A stretch of 64,000 nucleotides of DNA from the NCBI RefSeq assembly GCF_009914755.1, contig NC_060947.1; one strand, written 5' to 3'. Numbering within the stretch: the first letter of the stretch is position 1; each line of letters opens with the position of its first letter. Of the stretch, positions 38,391 through 51,752 are shown piece after piece. A program made the translations under genes and the position numbers. Source of the stretch: the human T2T-CHM13v2.0 reference genome, Homo sapiens. The notes beneath the pieces are model-generated. The model was not told where the DNA came from. It did no database searches and saw only the letters and a program-made list of their open reading frames with translations.

Positions 38391-39596
38391 GTTCCTGAAC
38401 ACCATCATGAACTGTAGAGAGAAAGCTGTCACCCTAAGTTGTTATGGCAGGCCTCAGGAAATTGCTCTCTCAAGTTCAGAATGATGTGGCGTTCTGCCTC
38501 CCACTGATCCCCGTCACACTGTTTTATAGCACATGCATACATTGCAGTATGAAGTCCTTAGGGGAAGTAAATATTTTCTATAGCCTCCCTCCTTTGAATC
38601 TTGCATATACATAGATTGTTGCGCTATGCCCAATAGTTTATGGTAATTGTTTAAGAGTCTATGCAGCTTTCCTATTAGCTGTAACTTCCCTGTTGTTTTT
38701 CTATATATTCTTAATCTCCTTTATCTCAGTGCTTCATTTAAAAAAAAATTGTCATTGGCTCAACAAATGTGAATTAAACAGATTGAAACTAATGGGATAC
38801 ACTAATGGGGTCTAGATAGGGTGGAACATACACCATGATTTACCCACCTGCAGATACAGGAAGAAATCTTAGCAGGTGACACATGGCATGGTCTTTGAAG
38901 TGGATAAAAACAGACACAGGTCAGGACTGAATAACAGCAAACAAGCCTTATTTCTGAGGTCTTATTTGCTCCTTGGATATCTCCTGCCTATGGTCAGGTA
39001 TGATTCTAGGGCCTGGCACATGTTTTATGAAAAACAAAACCCAAAGAATGAGATACTTGAGTGATATGTATAGTATTTCCATAGATGCTTGGCTTTTTCA
39101 CAAAGGAAGTTAAAAAGTCTGGGTTATACAATGACTTTGAAAATGAGCAAAATAGTATTTTCTTGATTCTCATTAAAGATCTAACTTTTGGAATTGCTTT
39201 GTGAGTCAGTTTATGAGACACAAGAAAGTTGGCCCCATTGTTTACTTAGTCACCCCTTATTTCTGAGAAAAAAATGAATTTGTTGAGTGAATCAATGAAT
39301 GAATTGAATGCTCCTACATAACTTTTAACAATTTTCAAATAAAACCTTCACTCAAAAGACAAAAATGTATGCCCAAATCTAAAGGCATCTTCTGCAAGAG
39401 ACTATCTGGAGGGAACAGCACAGAGTTATGTGTGTACATTTTGATTTGTGTGTTAAAAATCAGCTGTATTCCTTATCCTAGTTCATGAGGCACTCAGTGA
39501 CACATTAAAAATGGACACTGTCAGTTCCATAAGGGGCTTAAAGATTTTTGAGCCTAAACAAAGCAATCTTGATTTTGTATCACCAAAGCTTCCTGT

Positions 39597-40590
39597 AATT
39601 CATTCACTTATTCATCAATAAACATTGAAATGTCCACCTTGAGTTAGGCACTGGAAATGCCATGGTAAGAGAGATTCCTGACATCATTGAACTCAGTGTC
39701 TAGCCTAGGAGACAGACATTGAATAAACAATCTCAATTGTCATGAGTTTTATGTGATGGGGCATACAGGGGGATTTGGGAATATGCAACAAGGATTGCCA
39801 CCTAATCTGAGGTTTAGGGAAAGCTTCTTTGAGGAAGTGATCTTGACCTGAGCTCTAAACATTAAATAGAAATTAACTGGGTGAAAATGGCAGCAGGGAG
39901 GGAAAGATTGAGCTAGATTTCAGGCAAAGAAGTTAGTATGTGTAAAGGCCCTGAAGCCTGAGGTTATGAAAAAACACTACTGTTTGAGGAATTAAAATAA
40001 TTTCAGCGTGGCTAGAGCAGACAGAGTAAGAAAAAAGAGGCAGATCAGTGCTATGAATTGAATTGTGTCCCTCCCCCCCAAATTAATATGTTGAAGCTCT
40101 AATCCCCAATGAGATATTATTTGGAAGTGGGGCCTTTGGGAAGTAATTAGGTTTGGATGAGATCATGAGAGTGGGGGCGCCCTTATGATGGGTTTAGTGC
40201 CCTTATAATAAGAGACACCAGAGTGTTCTCTCTCTTTCCTGTTCTCCATCCCTCCCTCCCTCTCTCTGCCCTGTGAGGACACTGCAAGAAGGGGGCCATC
40301 CGCAAGCCAGGAAAAGAACCCTCACCAGGAATCAAATTGGCTGGCACCTTGATCTTGGACTACCCAAGCTTCAGAACTGTAAAAAACAGATTTCCTTTGT
40401 TTAGGCCATCCAGTCTGTGGTACTTCTTTATGGCAGTTCTAGCAGTTTAAGACGGTGGGTCATCGGTAGATAGTAGGGGCCAGTCCACAGGTCCCTGTAG
40501 CTGACTTAGAATTTTTTCTCAGGACCAGACAAGTAGACAAGAAGGAAGAGTGCCATCCAGACCTATGATGGCTTTAATTTAGATTGTGTT
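39597..40590 (-). mobile_element. L2 3' end, interrupted by MLT1A
   Basis: ATTCATTCACTTATTCATCAATAAACATTGA tail; GGGAAAGCTTCTTTGAGGAAGTGA; TGTAAAGGCCCTGAAG. Confidence 0.75.
40049..40454 (+). mobile_element. MaLR LTR, MLT1A-like
   Basis: TGCTATGAATTGAATTGTGTCCC...GGGGCCTTTGGGAAGTAATTAGG...GGCACCTTGATCTTGGACT...TAAGAC. Confidence 0.87.
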
Positions 40591-40921
40591 TTTGTTGCGG
40601 TTCTCAACTTAGCTGATTATATACACATTTTAAAGGGCATGTTTCGGAATACACAACTGAATCCTGGTAAATGAAAAACCAAGTCATGGGTAGGTCATGC
40701 CAGTAAGAGTAGCAGGAGGCTGGCTCTAAACCTGAGCAACACCTGGTAGCAGCTATGCCAAATTGCATATACTGCCCCTCACAACAGGGGTTATCCCCAA
40801 AATCTATGTTCAAGAAGAACAATGCCTACTGGTAATGAAAGACAGTCCTTTCCCAGATGCTGGATTCAGAGCTAAATCAGAGGTGAAGTGATTGACCCAG
40901 AGTATTTTGCCACCAACTTAC

Positions 40922-41126
40922 TGTTCTATTTTTTTGATGCATATTTGCATTATAATGTGGAATATGGGGCATCTCCATGCTCTTCCATAGGTACCCAGTG
41001 TACAAACAGATGTGGTTCACACACAGCCAATCGTTTTTGTGTGTTTCCTACAGCATGGGCATCTATGATGACATTTCCCACAAATGTTTTTTCCCGATGC
41101 TGAGAATACCTAACAGGTGAGGGGTC
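40922..41126 (-). other. Candidate 205-nt exon (lncRNA, UTR or decayed coding exon)
   Basis: Very strong acceptor tttttgtttgtttttaatttctgtacag|GAC and consensus donor ACA|gtaagt around non-repeat sequence; all three frames contain stops. Confidence 0.5.
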
Positions 41127-41877
41127 CTGTACAGAAATTAAAAACAAACAAAAACCTCATTTTTTCATCACAAATACCTTAGTTATTGGTACTCTCAAGT
41201 GCTGCATTCATTCTAAGTATGGACTCCCTTGACACTTAAAGTTCCATGTTGTTTTAAGATTAAATAGCTTCAGAGTGAGAAATTATTGCTATAGTAACAG
41301 ACTATCCATGGCTCTTTTAAAAATAAATGACCATAATCAAACCAAGAATTCATTCAAACTGTTTTAATAATAAGCAAGCAAACTGAGGAGAAAGGTGGTA
41401 TTTGAAAGCACTGAATGTTTTCTGTTCTTATTTCCTTTTAAAAACCGCATAACAATACCTAGAAGAGAAATTTTGGATTGAATCAAAGGATTGCCATTTG
41501 CTCAACATGAAGAGGAAGCTTTGTTTTTTAAGTATAAACATTTCTTGCTCTTTTATACCTAAGCTTTTAAAAAAGGGCATAACATTTATAAATGTAACTT
41601 GGTTCTTTTTAGAAGAGCAAAGGCCCCTTTTTGTGAAAGGGGTTGGTTCTTAACAAAAGGAGGTTTTGTTGTAAGCATGGACAGAAGTTAGATAGACTTC
41701 ATTCTTTCTTCGATTTTCTGTTCATTTGATACTTCATGTGACCTTAGGTAACTGGTTTTCCTTTCTCAGTGGTTTAGGTAAAATGCCTGAAAAGTGGGCA
41801 AATGTTTTGAGACACTTTACCCAGTTAATTCAAACAGCCATCATTAGCCAAGTTGGTCCCCAGTGGTACCATACTCA

Positions 41878-42070
41878 CAGGCCTGGGCTCAGGTACCTGC
41901 TCCACTACTCAGTAATTTGTGACGATGAGCTAGGCCCTTAACTTTTATAAACCTCACATACTTCACCTGTAAACTAGAGATTATAATATGGCTGTATGCC
42001 TTATTCTGCTCTGAATTTGGGAGATAATAAAATGAGATAAGAAATGAGTATGCTTTGGAAACTCTTTAAA
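41878..42070 (+). mobile_element. MIR
   Basis: CCTGGGCTCAGG...CTCCACTACT...CACCTGTAAACTAGAGATTATAATA...AATGAGATAAG. Confidence 0.6.
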
Positions 42071-43216
42071 AATAAGATTAAAATTGCATAGCTCTCCTCT
42101 CCTTACAAAGGAAGGGGTGTGTGTGTGAATTTCTACAGTGCTGATGTGTAGTTAGAGATGTTGGTGTTACTCAAAACAGATACTATGTTTCTTAGCCACA
42201 GAAGATTAAGTGCTTCTGGACAACTGTTATTTTATAGTTAGGTCTGAAGGGGAGGGAAGGAACCTCTCATCAGCATATACTCTGATTGGATGGCAATTAG
42301 CAGATTGCAGCTGCCAGTAATTTATAACTATTTTCTCATCTTTACAGATGAGGACAGTGAGGCTCAAATATTATTTCAAGTCCAAGGATGTAGCGTTTAC
42401 ACATGTATCAAATTATCACACTGTACACTTTGAATATATACAATCTTTGTCAATTAAATATTTTTAAGTAACAATAAATAAAAAAACTCCAAAGCAAATC
42501 TGGATAAGACTTAAGTGATAAAAGGATGAAAAAAATAGCCTTCCAGACTGGGTACAAAATATTGTGGTAGGTTACACTTCGGAAGATAAACTGTGAAAAG
42601 AAAATACATTCTTATCTCAAGGAATAGTTGAACTATTCAACTAGAGAAAGCTAATGAAGTTAGAGCTAGACATGAAAAAGAGAATGCCAGAGGCCCCTTT
42701 TTTTTTTTTTTTTTTTTTTTTTAAGGAATGAACATCCTTTGAAACAAAAAAGATGAACGTTAGTTGAAGCAAGAAAATCAAGGTTCAGTTTCCTGGATTT
42801 AAAAGACATTTCATCAAGGACACTTAACTACATAGTAGCAAATAACTGACCTAAGATCACACAGCTTGTCTAAGGCAAAACAAGCTACCCTCCATTGCAG
42901 ATTAGACGTGGATCTCCAACCTCAAAGGCAAAGGGTAAGACTGAGGATGGGTGTTCCTCCTCATCCTGCCAGGAAGCATCAGTGTAAGATAAACTAGAGC
43001 TCTACTTGGATTTAAGCTGAACTATGAATTTGGCTCGGAATCACTACATTGGGCATGTATGATTCACCACTTCACAGAAAAGTCGTCATAATAGAATTGA
43101 TTGCTTTACCAGGACTGAGTATTGATGAATTTCTCAGAGATCTTTGTGCATAAGAGGTAGCTAGGCTTCTGTGTCAACAAATACTGGAGCAAGTCAGCCT
43201 TAGAGGGGAGTGGCCT

Positions 43217-43290
43217 GAGCACCATCTAGTGTAAATGCTCTCGTAAATGTTCTTGAAATGATAGGTATGTACAACTGCCATCTAGTGACA
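43217..43290 (-). promoter_or_regulatory. Two same-orientation CTCF-like motifs 56 bp apart
   Basis: Minus strand TCACTAGATGGCAG (43288-43275) and ACACTAGATGGTGC (43232-43219) fit the CTCF core CCAS(C/T)AG(A/G)(G/T)GGC(A/G)S. Confidence 0.5.
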
Positions 43291-43524
43291 ATGGGGAAAA
43301 AATGCTCTAGGACCAGGGAAATCAGCTGAAATCATTTGTAAACTAAAGCTAATCAGGTGATGATAAAATAGGCTTAATTGCAGTCTCCCATAGATATGAA
43401 TTAAGCCACATTTCTAATTATGGGTATATTATAATATATTCCCTTTGGATTTTACTGTGAGAAAACTTGGCCTTCTGTGACCCTCCCTTCAGTTGCCATC
43501 CCGTAAACCTTTTCCATCGACCTC

Positions 43525-43581
43525 CCCCAGCACTTTGTCCTTGTCTTACACACTCTACTCTCAACATAGCAACCAGGTTTA

Positions 43582-43631
<50 letters not shown>

Positions 43632-44105
43632 GTACATACAGTGTTATTGTGTGGTTAAAGATGTTGGTGTTTCTCAAAACACATACTATGTTTCTTCTGT
43701 TAATATATATATATGTATATATACGCATGTATGTATGTGTATATATACGTGTATATGTGTGTGTATATGTATATACACGTGTATATATACGTGTATATAC
43801 ATATATACATATATACACATATGTATATATGTATATACACGTGTATACATATATATACACACACACATATATACACACACACACACACACATATATATAC
43901 ACACACACATAAGCCAGGTCATGTTATTCCTCTGCTCAAAACCTTCCCATAGCTCCTACTTTCAGAGTAGAAGTCAAAATCCTTACATAATCTGGCCCTC
44001 AATTACCACTGTACATACATCTTCTACCGTCTATCCCTCACTCAGTTCTAGCTACACTGGTCTTCTTGCATTATTTCAAACATCAGACATCCTTCTGCCT
44101 TAGAC
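43525..44105 (+). mobile_element. L2 fragment split by a compound microsatellite
   Basis: CTCAACATAGCAACCAG [repeat] AAGCCAGGTCATGTTATTCCTCTGCTCAAAACCTTCC...CTAGCTACACTGGTCTTCTTGC. Confidence 0.8.
43586..43910. repeat. Compound (CA)/(TA)/(TG) microsatellite containing a 60-bp unique insert
   Basis: Alternating purine-pyrimidine tract directly visible; 43637-43696 is non-repetitive. Confidence 0.95.
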
Positions 44106-44185
44106 TTATTTTTTCCCTGTACTGAATGAATATATAGTATATGCGATTTAAATTTGTATTTAGGAAAACTGGCTTTTCAGGAGAT

Positions 44186-44635
<450 letters not shown>

Positions 44636-44749
44636 AAGATGGAGAAATGCAGGCTGATGATAGTTTGGTCAGATGGTGCTCTATCTGGCTGAAGAGCTGT
44701 ACTAAATGTGTAATGCTCAAAGGCTGTAGTCATAGCCACTCAACCCTAT

Positions 44750-45335
44750 GTCTCATACTTTTACCAAAAAAAAAAAAAGACATAAAGGGCCTGCACATCA
44801 TAATCAGAAATGGCATTAAGGGATGACAGCAAATGATAGTCAGGGTTGCCAAATATCTCACCAAGCAGTTATATAGAGTCCATGTTTTAACCGTGAAGCA
44901 TAAAGTTTCAGCGTAAAATCTCAAATACATAACGATGGGAGATGGTGACATGACTTAGCAACAGCACATACAAACATGAAGAATTTTAGTTGTCTGCAAA
45001 TTCAGTAGGAATGAAGGATGCTGTGTGAATACCAGAAGGACTAATTTGAATTTGGACTGCATTAATAAATGCACAGTGTTCAGAACAAGAGATGGGATAG
45101 CTCCACCCTGCTCTGTACAGCTGAAGCAGTGGGCTCACTTCTGAGCAGAACCCTTTAAGGAGACATGCCTGAAGAGCAGTCACTCAGGTGGTGAACGGGT
45201 GACAGACATAAAAAGCAGTTTAAAAGCCTTTGAGTGTTTTGACCTGAAGGTGTGCAGACTCAGAGGGAAATGATCACTGTCTTCAGATCCCTGAAGGGCT
45301 GTCATGTGAGAGAAAGAACAAACTTAGTCTGCCCG
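44750..45335 (+). mobile_element. CR1/L3 fragment
   Basis: GGACTGCATTAATAAATGCACAGTGTTCAGAACAAG; CTGTCTTCAGATCCCTGAAGGGCTGTCATGTG. Confidence 0.7.
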
Positions 45336-45395
45336 TTATTCTGAATGGCTTCATTCAACAAATACTGAAAACTTCAAAAAGTCCCCAGGAGATAG

Positions 45396-45963
45396 ACTAA
45401 AACTAGAACTACCATTTGATCCAGCAATTCCACTACTAAGAATCTACCCAAAGGAAAGGAAATTATATCAACAGGACACCTGCACTGGCATGTTTATCAC
45501 TGCACTATTTACAATAGCCGAGATGTGGAATCAACCTATAAGTCCATCGATGGATAATTGGATAAAGAAAATGTGGTATATGTACACAATGGAATACTAC
45601 TTAGCCATAAAAAAGGAATGAAATCACGCATTTTGCAGCAACTTGGATGGAGCTGGAGACCATTATCTTAAATGAAATAACTCAGACACAGAAAGAAAAG
45701 TGCCACATGTTCTCATAAGTGGGAGCTCAAAAGTGTATAAATGGACATAGAATGTGGAATGATAGACAATGGAGACTAGCAAGAGTGCAAGGGAGGGAGG
45801 AGGGTGGATGATTAATTACTTAATGAGTGTAACATGTGTTATTTGAGTAATGGATACTCTAAAACCCCTGACTCCACCACTATACAATCTATCCATGTAA
45901 CCAAATTATACTTGTATGTATCCTATACATTTATACAAATTTTATAAAATGAAAAAAATAAAC
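45396..45963 (+). mobile_element. L1PB4-like 3' end
   Basis: GAACTACCATTTGATCCAGCAAT...GACTCCACCACTATACAATCTATCCATGTAACC...TTTATACAAAT plus A-rich tail. Confidence 0.88.
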
Positions 45964-46969
45964 AAACCTGTCCCCTTGTGATAAGCACTGCCGTGTATAT
46001 ATAGTCAACTCCTGTCACCAAAGACTTTCCAGTAGAGATAGGTATGGAGAATATTGCAGACACTGTTCATGTCATCTGGAGAAGTTGATGACCTAATGGC
46101 AAACTTTTCAATCCTTAGCGTCTATGAGATTTCTGACAAGAGAAAATAATTTTGAACTAAAGATGCCAGAGTTGGATCTGGCTGAAATGTGGGAGGAACA
46201 GAGACGCGGAGAAGTTCAGGAAAGACAGAGATGTAGTGAGAAAGTGAATGAAGTCTGAGGTGCAAACGGTTTGCTGCTCATCAGACAAACGCACAAGGCA
46301 TTTACATCAGCCACGCCTGAGCTTTCAAGTGTCTGCTATTGACAGAAAAGCTTTGGTCCCAGGGCCTTTCCCAGGGCGAACCTCTGGTCTCCCAGATAGA
46401 CATACTGAGTAATTTATCTCTGTTCCACATACACTTCATTCCCGAGTTGGCAAATTTATAAGCTGTACTTCTGTTTTAGTCTCTACTCTTCAATTCTGGT
46501 CAGTTGTTCATCCCTGAGCTCCAGCCCATTGGTAATGGTCTGTGCCATCTTATCTTTTTCATGCCACAGTTAATCCTCGGGCCTTGACCCTGATTTTTTT
46601 GGCAAGTGGATGCCAGCCTGCAACTCAGAAGATAAAGCTAAGGGGGAATCACAGATGGATTTCTATTACAAATATCTGTTTAGACATTGCTTGTCTTCAG
46701 AATGGAATGAAATAAAAATTGTATCTAGAATATACTATAAGGGAAGGCTGTGGTTCTCATATTTGCCCAGTCAACACAGAAGATGCCTCTTCTTGGGATG
46801 ATTCAATTATAAATGTGCCACAAATTCTTTTTTCATGTTGATGGAATTAAGTGGTGTGGATTTATCAGAAGTACTGCATGGCAGGACTACAAACTGCTGT
46901 GTCTGTGAAGTTTTGTGTTGTATACATCCAATTATCAATGGTATCAACCATGATAGAGGAAAGACTGAC

Positions 46970-48010
46970 TTATTTTTAATTAATAGATGTTTAGAGCAGT
47001 TTTAGGTTTACATAAAAGTTGGACAAGAAGTACAAGGAGTTATCATATTCTCTTTACCCCTCCTTGCCTTCAGTTTCCCCTATGAATTGACATCTTGCGT
47101 TGGTACGGTACACTTGTTAGAATTGCTGAGCCAACATATCAACTAAAGCCCATAGTTTAGGTTTATGCTTCCCTCTTTGTGTTATGTATTCTGTGAGTTT
47201 TGACAAATCCATAATTTCATGCATCTATCATTATAGTATCATGTAGAATAATTTTAGTGCTCTAAAAATCTCTTGTGCTTCACCTATTGGTTCCTGTTCT
47301 CTCTCGGAGTGCCAGTCCCTGGCAATTATTGTTTTACTCTCTCCATGAGTTTCACCTTTTCCAGAATGTCATATAGTTGGCATCGTAAGCTTTTCAGATT
47401 GGCTTCTTTTACTGAATATGGATTTTAAGTTTCCTCCATGTTGTTTTGATGCTTTATAGAACATCTGTTTTTATCACTGAATAATATTCCATTGGCTGCC
47501 AAGCTGTCTTCCAAAGTGACTGTACCTTTTTTGCATCCCTGCTATCAATGAGTAAGAGTTTCTATTCCTCTACATACTTGCCAGCATTTGGTATTGTCAG
47601 TATTTTAGATTTCAGCCATTTTAATAGATGTAGTAGTATCATATGGTGATTTTAATTTGCAATTCCCTAGTGCCATATGATCTCAAGCATCTTCTTATAT
47701 GCTTATTTGCCATCTGTATATCTTCCTTGGTGAGGTTCCTGTTCATATCTCTTGCTCAGTTTAAGTTCAGTCGTTTTCTTATTTTCTGGTTTTGTATGCA
47801 TATTTTGCATACAAGTCCTTTATCAAATGTGTTCTGCAAATTTTTTCCAGTCTGTAAGTATATTCTATTACCAGTGTATTTTGTAGAACAGAAGTTTTTA
47901 TTTTAATAAAACCTCACTTTTTTTTTTTTTTTTTAACTTTCATAAATAGTGCTTCTGGTCTTGTATCTAAAAGCTCATTGCTAAACCTAAGGTCATCTAG
48001 ATTTATTCTA
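46970..48010 (-). mobile_element. L1MC-type 3' end
   Basis: TTTAGAGCAGTTTTAGGTTTACA...TTTCCAGAATGTCATATAGTTGG...TATTTGCCATCTGTATATCTTC. Confidence 0.85.
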
Positions 48011-48489
48011 TAGATGATGACATTATAAAATCAGTGAAATCATATTCAGCCAAAAAATTAGGGAAATATTTTAGAGGTTAATTCACTAAAAATTTTTAGG
48101 TAGTTCTATAATAAAATATTTTGTTATATTTCTAATTTATCTCTGCTTTTTTTAAATACACAATTTCATATGATTCATCCTCTCATTCTGTATCAGTACA
48201 CATGGTCATTTCTCATTTTGTAATCTTATTAAGAGTCTTCAAAATTGTACAAGATTCCCACAAAACCTGGATCTGGCTCTGAGTCCAGCCTCAGGACAGC
48301 CAAGGGACCTTGGGTTCCAGAGCTCATCTGCTATTGTTTTAACAGTGAGTAGTGGGCAAGCCAGATTTCATGGCTGGCCCACAAAGATGCCTAGTTAGCA
48401 AGAGGCAGGCCCAAGGGTCATAACATTGTCAGAGGCCAGGTTCTCAGTTCAAGCAAATAAACCTCTGAAAATCCAAGTGTTCTCTCAAC

Positions 48490-48890
48490 TGGTCCCTGCA
48501 AGCATTGCCCAAAACTGAACACACTGCCCCAAAATCAGTTTCTTTCAGTTCATCTCATCCAACTGCTCAAGCCAGAAACTCAGATATTATGGAATCTTCC
48601 CTTTCTCTTTAATTTTCCATATCTCATCAGTCATTGCATTCTTACAACTATGCATTATAAACAACACTTGATGGCTAGTTCTGTCTCTTCTCAGCCCCTA
48701 TACATGATGTTTACTGTGCTTCGTATCCCTCTAGCTGGCTCCCACTCAACCTTCTGGAGTAAACACAGAAGTAATATCTTCCAGAAAATCTCAATGCATT
48801 GCAACTGGGTTAGGTGCCTCCTCCTGTGATTTCTTGCAGCACCCAATTGACCCTTCATAACATGTAATATGTTGTGCTATAATTGCTGAA
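48490..48890 (+). mobile_element. L2 fragment
   Basis: CCCAAAACTGAAC; CATCCAACTGCTCAAGCCAGAAACTCAG; CTGGGTTAGGTGCCTCCTCCTGTG. Confidence 0.6.
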
Positions 48891-48894
48891 TTTT

Positions 48895-49586
48895 TAAAAT
48901 TATTTTTCGTAATTAAAAGTCCAATAAAGTGAAAAACAGGTGCTTGTTGTAACAAGTCAAATAGTATAGAGAAGTACCAGGAAAATTAATGAGCTTCCCC
49001 TAGCCACCGCCCCCCATATAAACTTAATGCATTGTTGTTAATAGCTCCATTGTATCCTAGCAAGGATCTACTACAATTTAGTCAACTATTCACCTGCTTG
49101 TGAAGTTTTTGTTTTTGTTTTTTGTTGCAATACACATCCTTGCATATGCTGGGACTTTCATTTTTGTAGATTATATTCCCAGAAAAAAAGGATATGTCTA
49201 TCTTTAATAGACATTGCAAGATTTTTCTACAAAAGATAGCAATTCACCCTCCCGCCAGCAATGCATGAGTAGTGCCTGTGCTTCACAGTCTTCAACATTG
49301 ATGCTGTCACTATTTTGTTAGGTGATGGAAAATATGGTATTTCATTGTTTTATGAAATGGCATTGCCCTGATTATTTGAAAATATTTTAATATGTTTGTT
49401 GGTAATATATATTCTCTCTTCCATGAATTGACATTTCACATTCAGGGCCAGTTTTTTTTACTGGATCCTTTATCTCGGTCTATAGGGTTTTTTATTACTT
49501 TACTTATAACATATGATATGCAAATAATTTTTAATATTTATGTAATCCAATATATTTTTTCTTCATGGTTTCTAGATTCAGTCTTA
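48895..49586 (-). mobile_element. Very old L1 (L1ME-type) 3' fragment
   Basis: CTTTAATAGACATTGCAAGATT...CAATTCACCCTCCCGCCAGCAATGCATGAG...TGGTATTTCATTGTTTT. Confidence 0.65.
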
Positions 49587-49976
49587 TGTTAAATCAAGTT
49601 TAGCCTAAAGCTGCCTCCTTACGTATTTTAAGTTCAGCCTAAATGTTTGTCTGTACATCATGAAATTTAACCTAAATGGAAGTGTAAACAGACTGTAGCC
49701 TACGCTCGTGCCAATCACTGAGTTTTAGCCAAATGTGGCCAAATGCTCATACTGTGTTCAAATAAGGCAAATGCTGAGCTATAACCAATCCACCTGTTTC
49801 TGTACTTCACTTCCATTTATCGTACTCGCTTTCCTTTTTCTATCCATAAATCTTCTTCCATCACGTGGCTGCCCTGGAGTGTCTCAGCCTACTCTGGCTT
49901 GGGAGGCTGCCCGATTCACGAATTGTCCTTTGCTCAAACTGTTAAATTTAATCTGGGTGAAGTTTCACTTCTAACA
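49587..49976 (+). mobile_element. ERV1 solo LTR, MER57-like
   Basis: TGTTAAATCAAGTTTAGCCTAAAGCTGCCTCCTTAC...TAACA; perfect 4-bp TSD CTTA (49583-49586 and 49977-49980). Confidence 0.92.
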
Positions 49977-50122
49977 CTTAATTTCTCTCTCACTTCTAGG
50001 CTTATAAATATTCTTTAGTTACTTTTATTTCATTAGTATTATACATCTTTGCCATGTTTTGACCTTAAACAATCTGAAACTTACTTGCCTGTGAGTTCCT
50101 TGAGGCTATGGACTGTGCCTGA

Positions 50123-51752
50123 CTTATGGAAACCAAAATATGCCACCCCAAAATATACTTTGACTTATTTTGAGATGGCTATTCAGAGGGCCTAACAAAA
50201 TCAGGAAAAGCTTTGAAAAGGTGTCCTTTTGTGGGGAAAATTTGCATCTCTAGAGAAAAAAAAAAACGTTAGTGAGGTAAATAGCAGATCAAATAGTCTT
50301 TCTCTGAAGCCCCCTTATCTGCCTTATATGGAAATTATTAACTAACAGAAAAAGTGGCTGAAAGTCTGACCCTTTTCAACATCTTACAAAGAACTCTCAT
50401 CACAGCCTACCATATATTCTTCCGGAGCTTCAAGATTATCTGAGAGATTTTTCTCTCTCTAACAAGATGGTCTTTCCTTACCATCTTTTCTTCCTCTCAT
50501 TCTCCTATAACCAGTGTCCCTACCCTCCTCCCAAGAAACCCCAAGCCTCTATTCTATCTGTAACCTCAGGATAATATAAAAGTTCAGTCATGTGGCCCTT
50601 GAGTCTCATATTTGTAAGACTTCTGTGCCCACGTACATATAAATCTGTATGCTTTTTTATGTTAATCTATTGTCAGTGTTTCATTTTTTAATTTATAATT
50701 GATGCAGAATTGTACATATTTGTGGCATACAGTGTGGTGTCTCAATGCAGGTATCCATTCTATAATGATCAAACAGGGTAATTACCATATCCACCAATTT
50801 ATTTATTATTTCTTTGTGGTGACAATATTCAAAATCTTCTCATACAGCTATCTTGAAATATACAATGCATTGTTATCCACTTAACATAATGTCCTCCAGC
50901 CTCATTCATGTTGTCACAAATGACAGGATGCAATCTCTATCAAAATACCAATGAAATTCTTAATGGAAATAGAAAAAGCAATCCTAAAATTCATATGAAC
51001 GGCAAATGTCCCTGATAGCTAAAACAATCTTGAGCAAAAAGAACAAAGTTGAAGAAGACATCACACTGACTTTAAAAACATACTACAAAGCTATAGCAAC
51101 CAAAACACCATAGCAGTGGCATAAAAACAGACATATAGACAGATCAATGGAACTTAATAAAGAACCCAGAAATAAATTCATTAATGTGAAGCCAACTGAT
51201 TTTTGACAAAGGTGCCAAGAACACATATTGAGGTAAGGACATTCTCTTCAATAAATGGTGCTGGAATAACTGGCTAGCCATGTGCAGAAGAATGAAACTA
51301 GACCCCTATCTCTCACCACACACAAAAATCAACTCTAAATGGACTAAAGACTTAAATGTAAGACCTGAAACTACTAGAAGAAAAAATAAGGGAAACACTT
51401 TATGAAATAGGACTAGGCAAGAATTTTTAGAAAAAGACCTCAGAAGCACAGGGATCAAAGCAAAAAATAGACAAACAGGATTATATCAAATTTAAAAACT
51501 TCTGCACAGCAAAAGAAACAATCCATAAAGTGAAGAGACACCTTATGGAATGGGAGAAAGTATTTGCAAACTATGTCTCTGGCAAAGACTTGATATACAG
51601 AATATGTAAATAATTCAAACAACTCAATAGCACAAAAATCAAATAATCAAATTTAAAAATGGGCAAAAGGCCTGGATAGGCAGTTTGTTTTGTAGCATCA
51701 AATTATCAAACCTTTAGAAGGGGAAGGAAAGAAAATTTCCTTTGCCTCTATA
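50123..51752 (+). mobile_element. ERV1 LTR, MER34-like, inserted in an L2 and interrupted by an L1
   Basis: ACCAAAATATGCCACCCCAAAATAT...TTATTTTGAG start; end CAAATTATCAAACC...TTTCCTTTGCCTCTATA; CTGA on both sides; L2 3' end resumes at 51753. Confidence 0.75.
50682..51680. mobile_element. 5'-inverted L1MA-type insertion (3' UTR on minus 50682-50927; ORF2 piece on plus 50928-51680)
   Basis: Orientation flips at GACAGG|ATGCAATC; approximate TSD CAGTGTTT / CAGTTTGTTT. Confidence 0.8.

Noticed and set aside
40922-41126. Resemblance of translations to C2/ferlin, extended PHD finger, sialyltransferase or urate oxidase segments
   Set aside because: Each match is a few scattered residues in a different frame; none reaches the identity expected of a primate pseudogene, so no gene name is assigned.
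42622-42643. Two overlapping 8-bp-arm hairpins (GAATAGTTGAACTATTCAACTA)
   Set aside because: Too short to separate from chance or a micro template switch in AT-rich DNA.
43418-44103. Longest ORF in the track (157 aa) and overlapping ORFs
   Set aside because: Translations of (CA)/(TA) microsatellite plus L2 sequence.
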